Assembly: GCA_050084985.1 (NCBI GenBank)
Contig: JBITNC010000001.1
Coordinates: 150,598,001-150,662,000 of the forward strand
Length of the DNA: 64,000 nt
DNA from: Nageia nagi
Taxonomy: Eukaryota > Plantae > Pinophyta
Direction of reading: 5' to 3'
Shown: one piece after another, positions 63,899-64,000 of the stretch
How the letters are laid out: every line of letters begins with the position of its first letter
Numbering within the stretch: the first letter of the stretch is position 1
Program-made: the position numbers and the translations under genes
The notes under the pieces: generated by a model
What the model was told of the DNA's origin: nothing
The model's database searches: none
Seen by the model: the letters and a program-made list of their open reading frames with translations, nothing else

Positions 63899-64000
63899 GT
63901 ATGTCTCCATGCAAAAGATATGTTCATTTGCAATTTTCAGGCCTTTTTTAAGGTACAAAATTTGCCAATTATAAGTACTTCTTTCTGTTAAACAATTCTA

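Overview
Plant nuclear DNA, most likely from a large-genome gymnosperm (inferred from the TE families and very long introns). The window appears to lie inside one + strand gene. Six small GT-AG exons (12917-13005, 32309-32362, 43322-43417, 43524-43600, 44815-45010, 50924-50998) splice in frame into about 196 aa of the central ATP-binding domain of MurC (UDP-N-acetylmuramate:L-alanine ligase), a peptidoglycan-synthesis enzyme that in plants is expected to act in the plastid. The introns (>12.9, 19.3, 11.0, 0.1, 1.2, 5.9 and >13 kb) hold nested, mostly dead transposons: a Tat-type Ty3/gypsy with an extra RNase H between PR and RT, two chromoviruses, a gag-PR-only gypsy, a Copia remnant, solo or partial LTRs, four hAT elements or derivatives, and a hAT MITE. 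The most unusual non-genic signals are a five-unit array of short PPR-like fragments inside an LTR-like insert (~39.96-40.25 kb), and a long-LTR family whose U3 is an array of ~183-bp hairpin units ending in an 18-bp palindrome. All calls were made by eye. TE boundaries without a TSD or terminal motif are approximate.
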